Origin: Dimorphilus gyrociliatus
Taxonomy: Eukaryota > Animalia > Annelida
Reading direction: 5' to 3'
Length of the DNA stretch: 64,000 nucleotides
Assembly: GCA_904063045.1 (NCBI GenBank)
Contig: CAJFCJ010000083.1
Coordinates: 12,681 to 76,680, forward strand
Below, in pieces: positions 63,231 through 64,000 of the stretch. The notes below the pieces were generated by a model. The model did not search any database. It was not told the DNA's origin and saw only the letters and a list, made by a program, of their open reading frames with translations. The position numbers and the translations under genes were made by a program. Numbering within the stretch: position 1 is the stretch's first letter; each line of letters opens with the position of its first letter.

Positions 63231-64000
63231 GTAGACAGGAATTTTGAAAAAGTTTGTGCTATTTTCTTTCTTCTATAGGAAGAGTAAATATCTCTTTCAT
63301 ATGAATTCGTTTTTTTTTAGTGTGAAACAAAGAGTAACAATTATAAATTGATCAAACTGTTTACCAATACGATAGTTTAAGATGGAAAAAATGATTGTGG
63401 TGGAAAGGACGAGTAAAAAGTGAGAACAATTTAGGATAGAATTACTCATTGCTATAATCAAGACGATAAGCTTGATTTTGGTAAGTGTATTAAGCAACTT
63501 ACGGAAAGTGATTTTATGAGCTTTTTGCCCCCAAACATGTCTGAACATTTTAAACTTGATTGAACACTGCTGTAAGCTTGAATCCATACTTTGCTAATTT
63601 GTCTCACAGAGGGTTCGGAGTTCTAGTTTAGCTGTGTGTATACAGATATAACATGACGAAAGTCAACTTAACAATTTAAGTAGACAATATTATAAAAAAT
63701 TGACTATAATTGGTTCAATTCCAGTAAGCGTTTCTAAGTATTAAAAATATTAATTTTAACAATTGAAAACATTCAATTGAAATTGAGCTGTCCAGTAAGA
63801 AATTTTCCAAATGTAATTTACTTTCATTTAGACTATTACAAGATCTATTTGATACAAACATCTCAATGTATACACTTACATTTTTAGGACATTTTCGCTA
63901 TAAAATTTTAAGAGATTTGACGTTTCTCAACTTTAATCATTTCTAAAATACTTTCAGTGATTACCTTTTTTTCGATATCAATTCAAATAGAAAATATTAA

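Noticed and set aside
1-64000. Prokaryotic features (CRISPR arrays, operons), rRNA and tRNA genes
   Set aside because: None seen. The sequence is intron-containing eukaryotic DNA, and the non-ATG starts in the ORF track are artefacts.

Overview
AT-rich eukaryotic (metazoan, probably lophotrochozoan) nuclear DNA with very short GT-AG introns (52-100 nt in several genes). This resembles a compact invertebrate genome such as the annelid Dimorphilus, but that assignment is my unverified inference. No rRNA, tRNA or CRISPR features are supported. The window is a cluster of pattern-recognition-like genes mixed with transposons. Its centrepiece is a ~14 kb head-to-head palindromic pair of mosaic receptors (signal peptide, SRCR-like, C-type lectin, ~6 LDLa, LRR, 7TM; GRL101/LGR-type GPCRs) at 5552-12505 (-) and 12739-19819 (+). 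Their N-terminal halves are strongly diverged, but a 3226-bp tract (LDLa to TM6) is colinear without indels and almost identical. Further paralogs or fragments of this receptor family lie at ~36.4-37.8, 47.7-52.8, 53.3-56.6 and 63.1 kb. Other genes include a 2xCBM14-TSP1-3xC1q secreted protein, an RI-like LRR tandem array, an EGF-collagen gene, discoidin/fucolectin-like and PAN genes, a small Cys-rich family and an intronless atypical class A GPCR. Mobile DNA includes a near-intact Ty3/Gypsy element (LTR, tRNA-Ser-type PBS, two frameshifts), its solo LTR, a second Gypsy fragment, a Tc1 DD34E remnant, MULE transposase remnants and a ~205-bp MITE family with 9-bp TSDs and internal TTAGGG-like repeats. 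All domain calls come from motif recognition by eye; no database searches were run.
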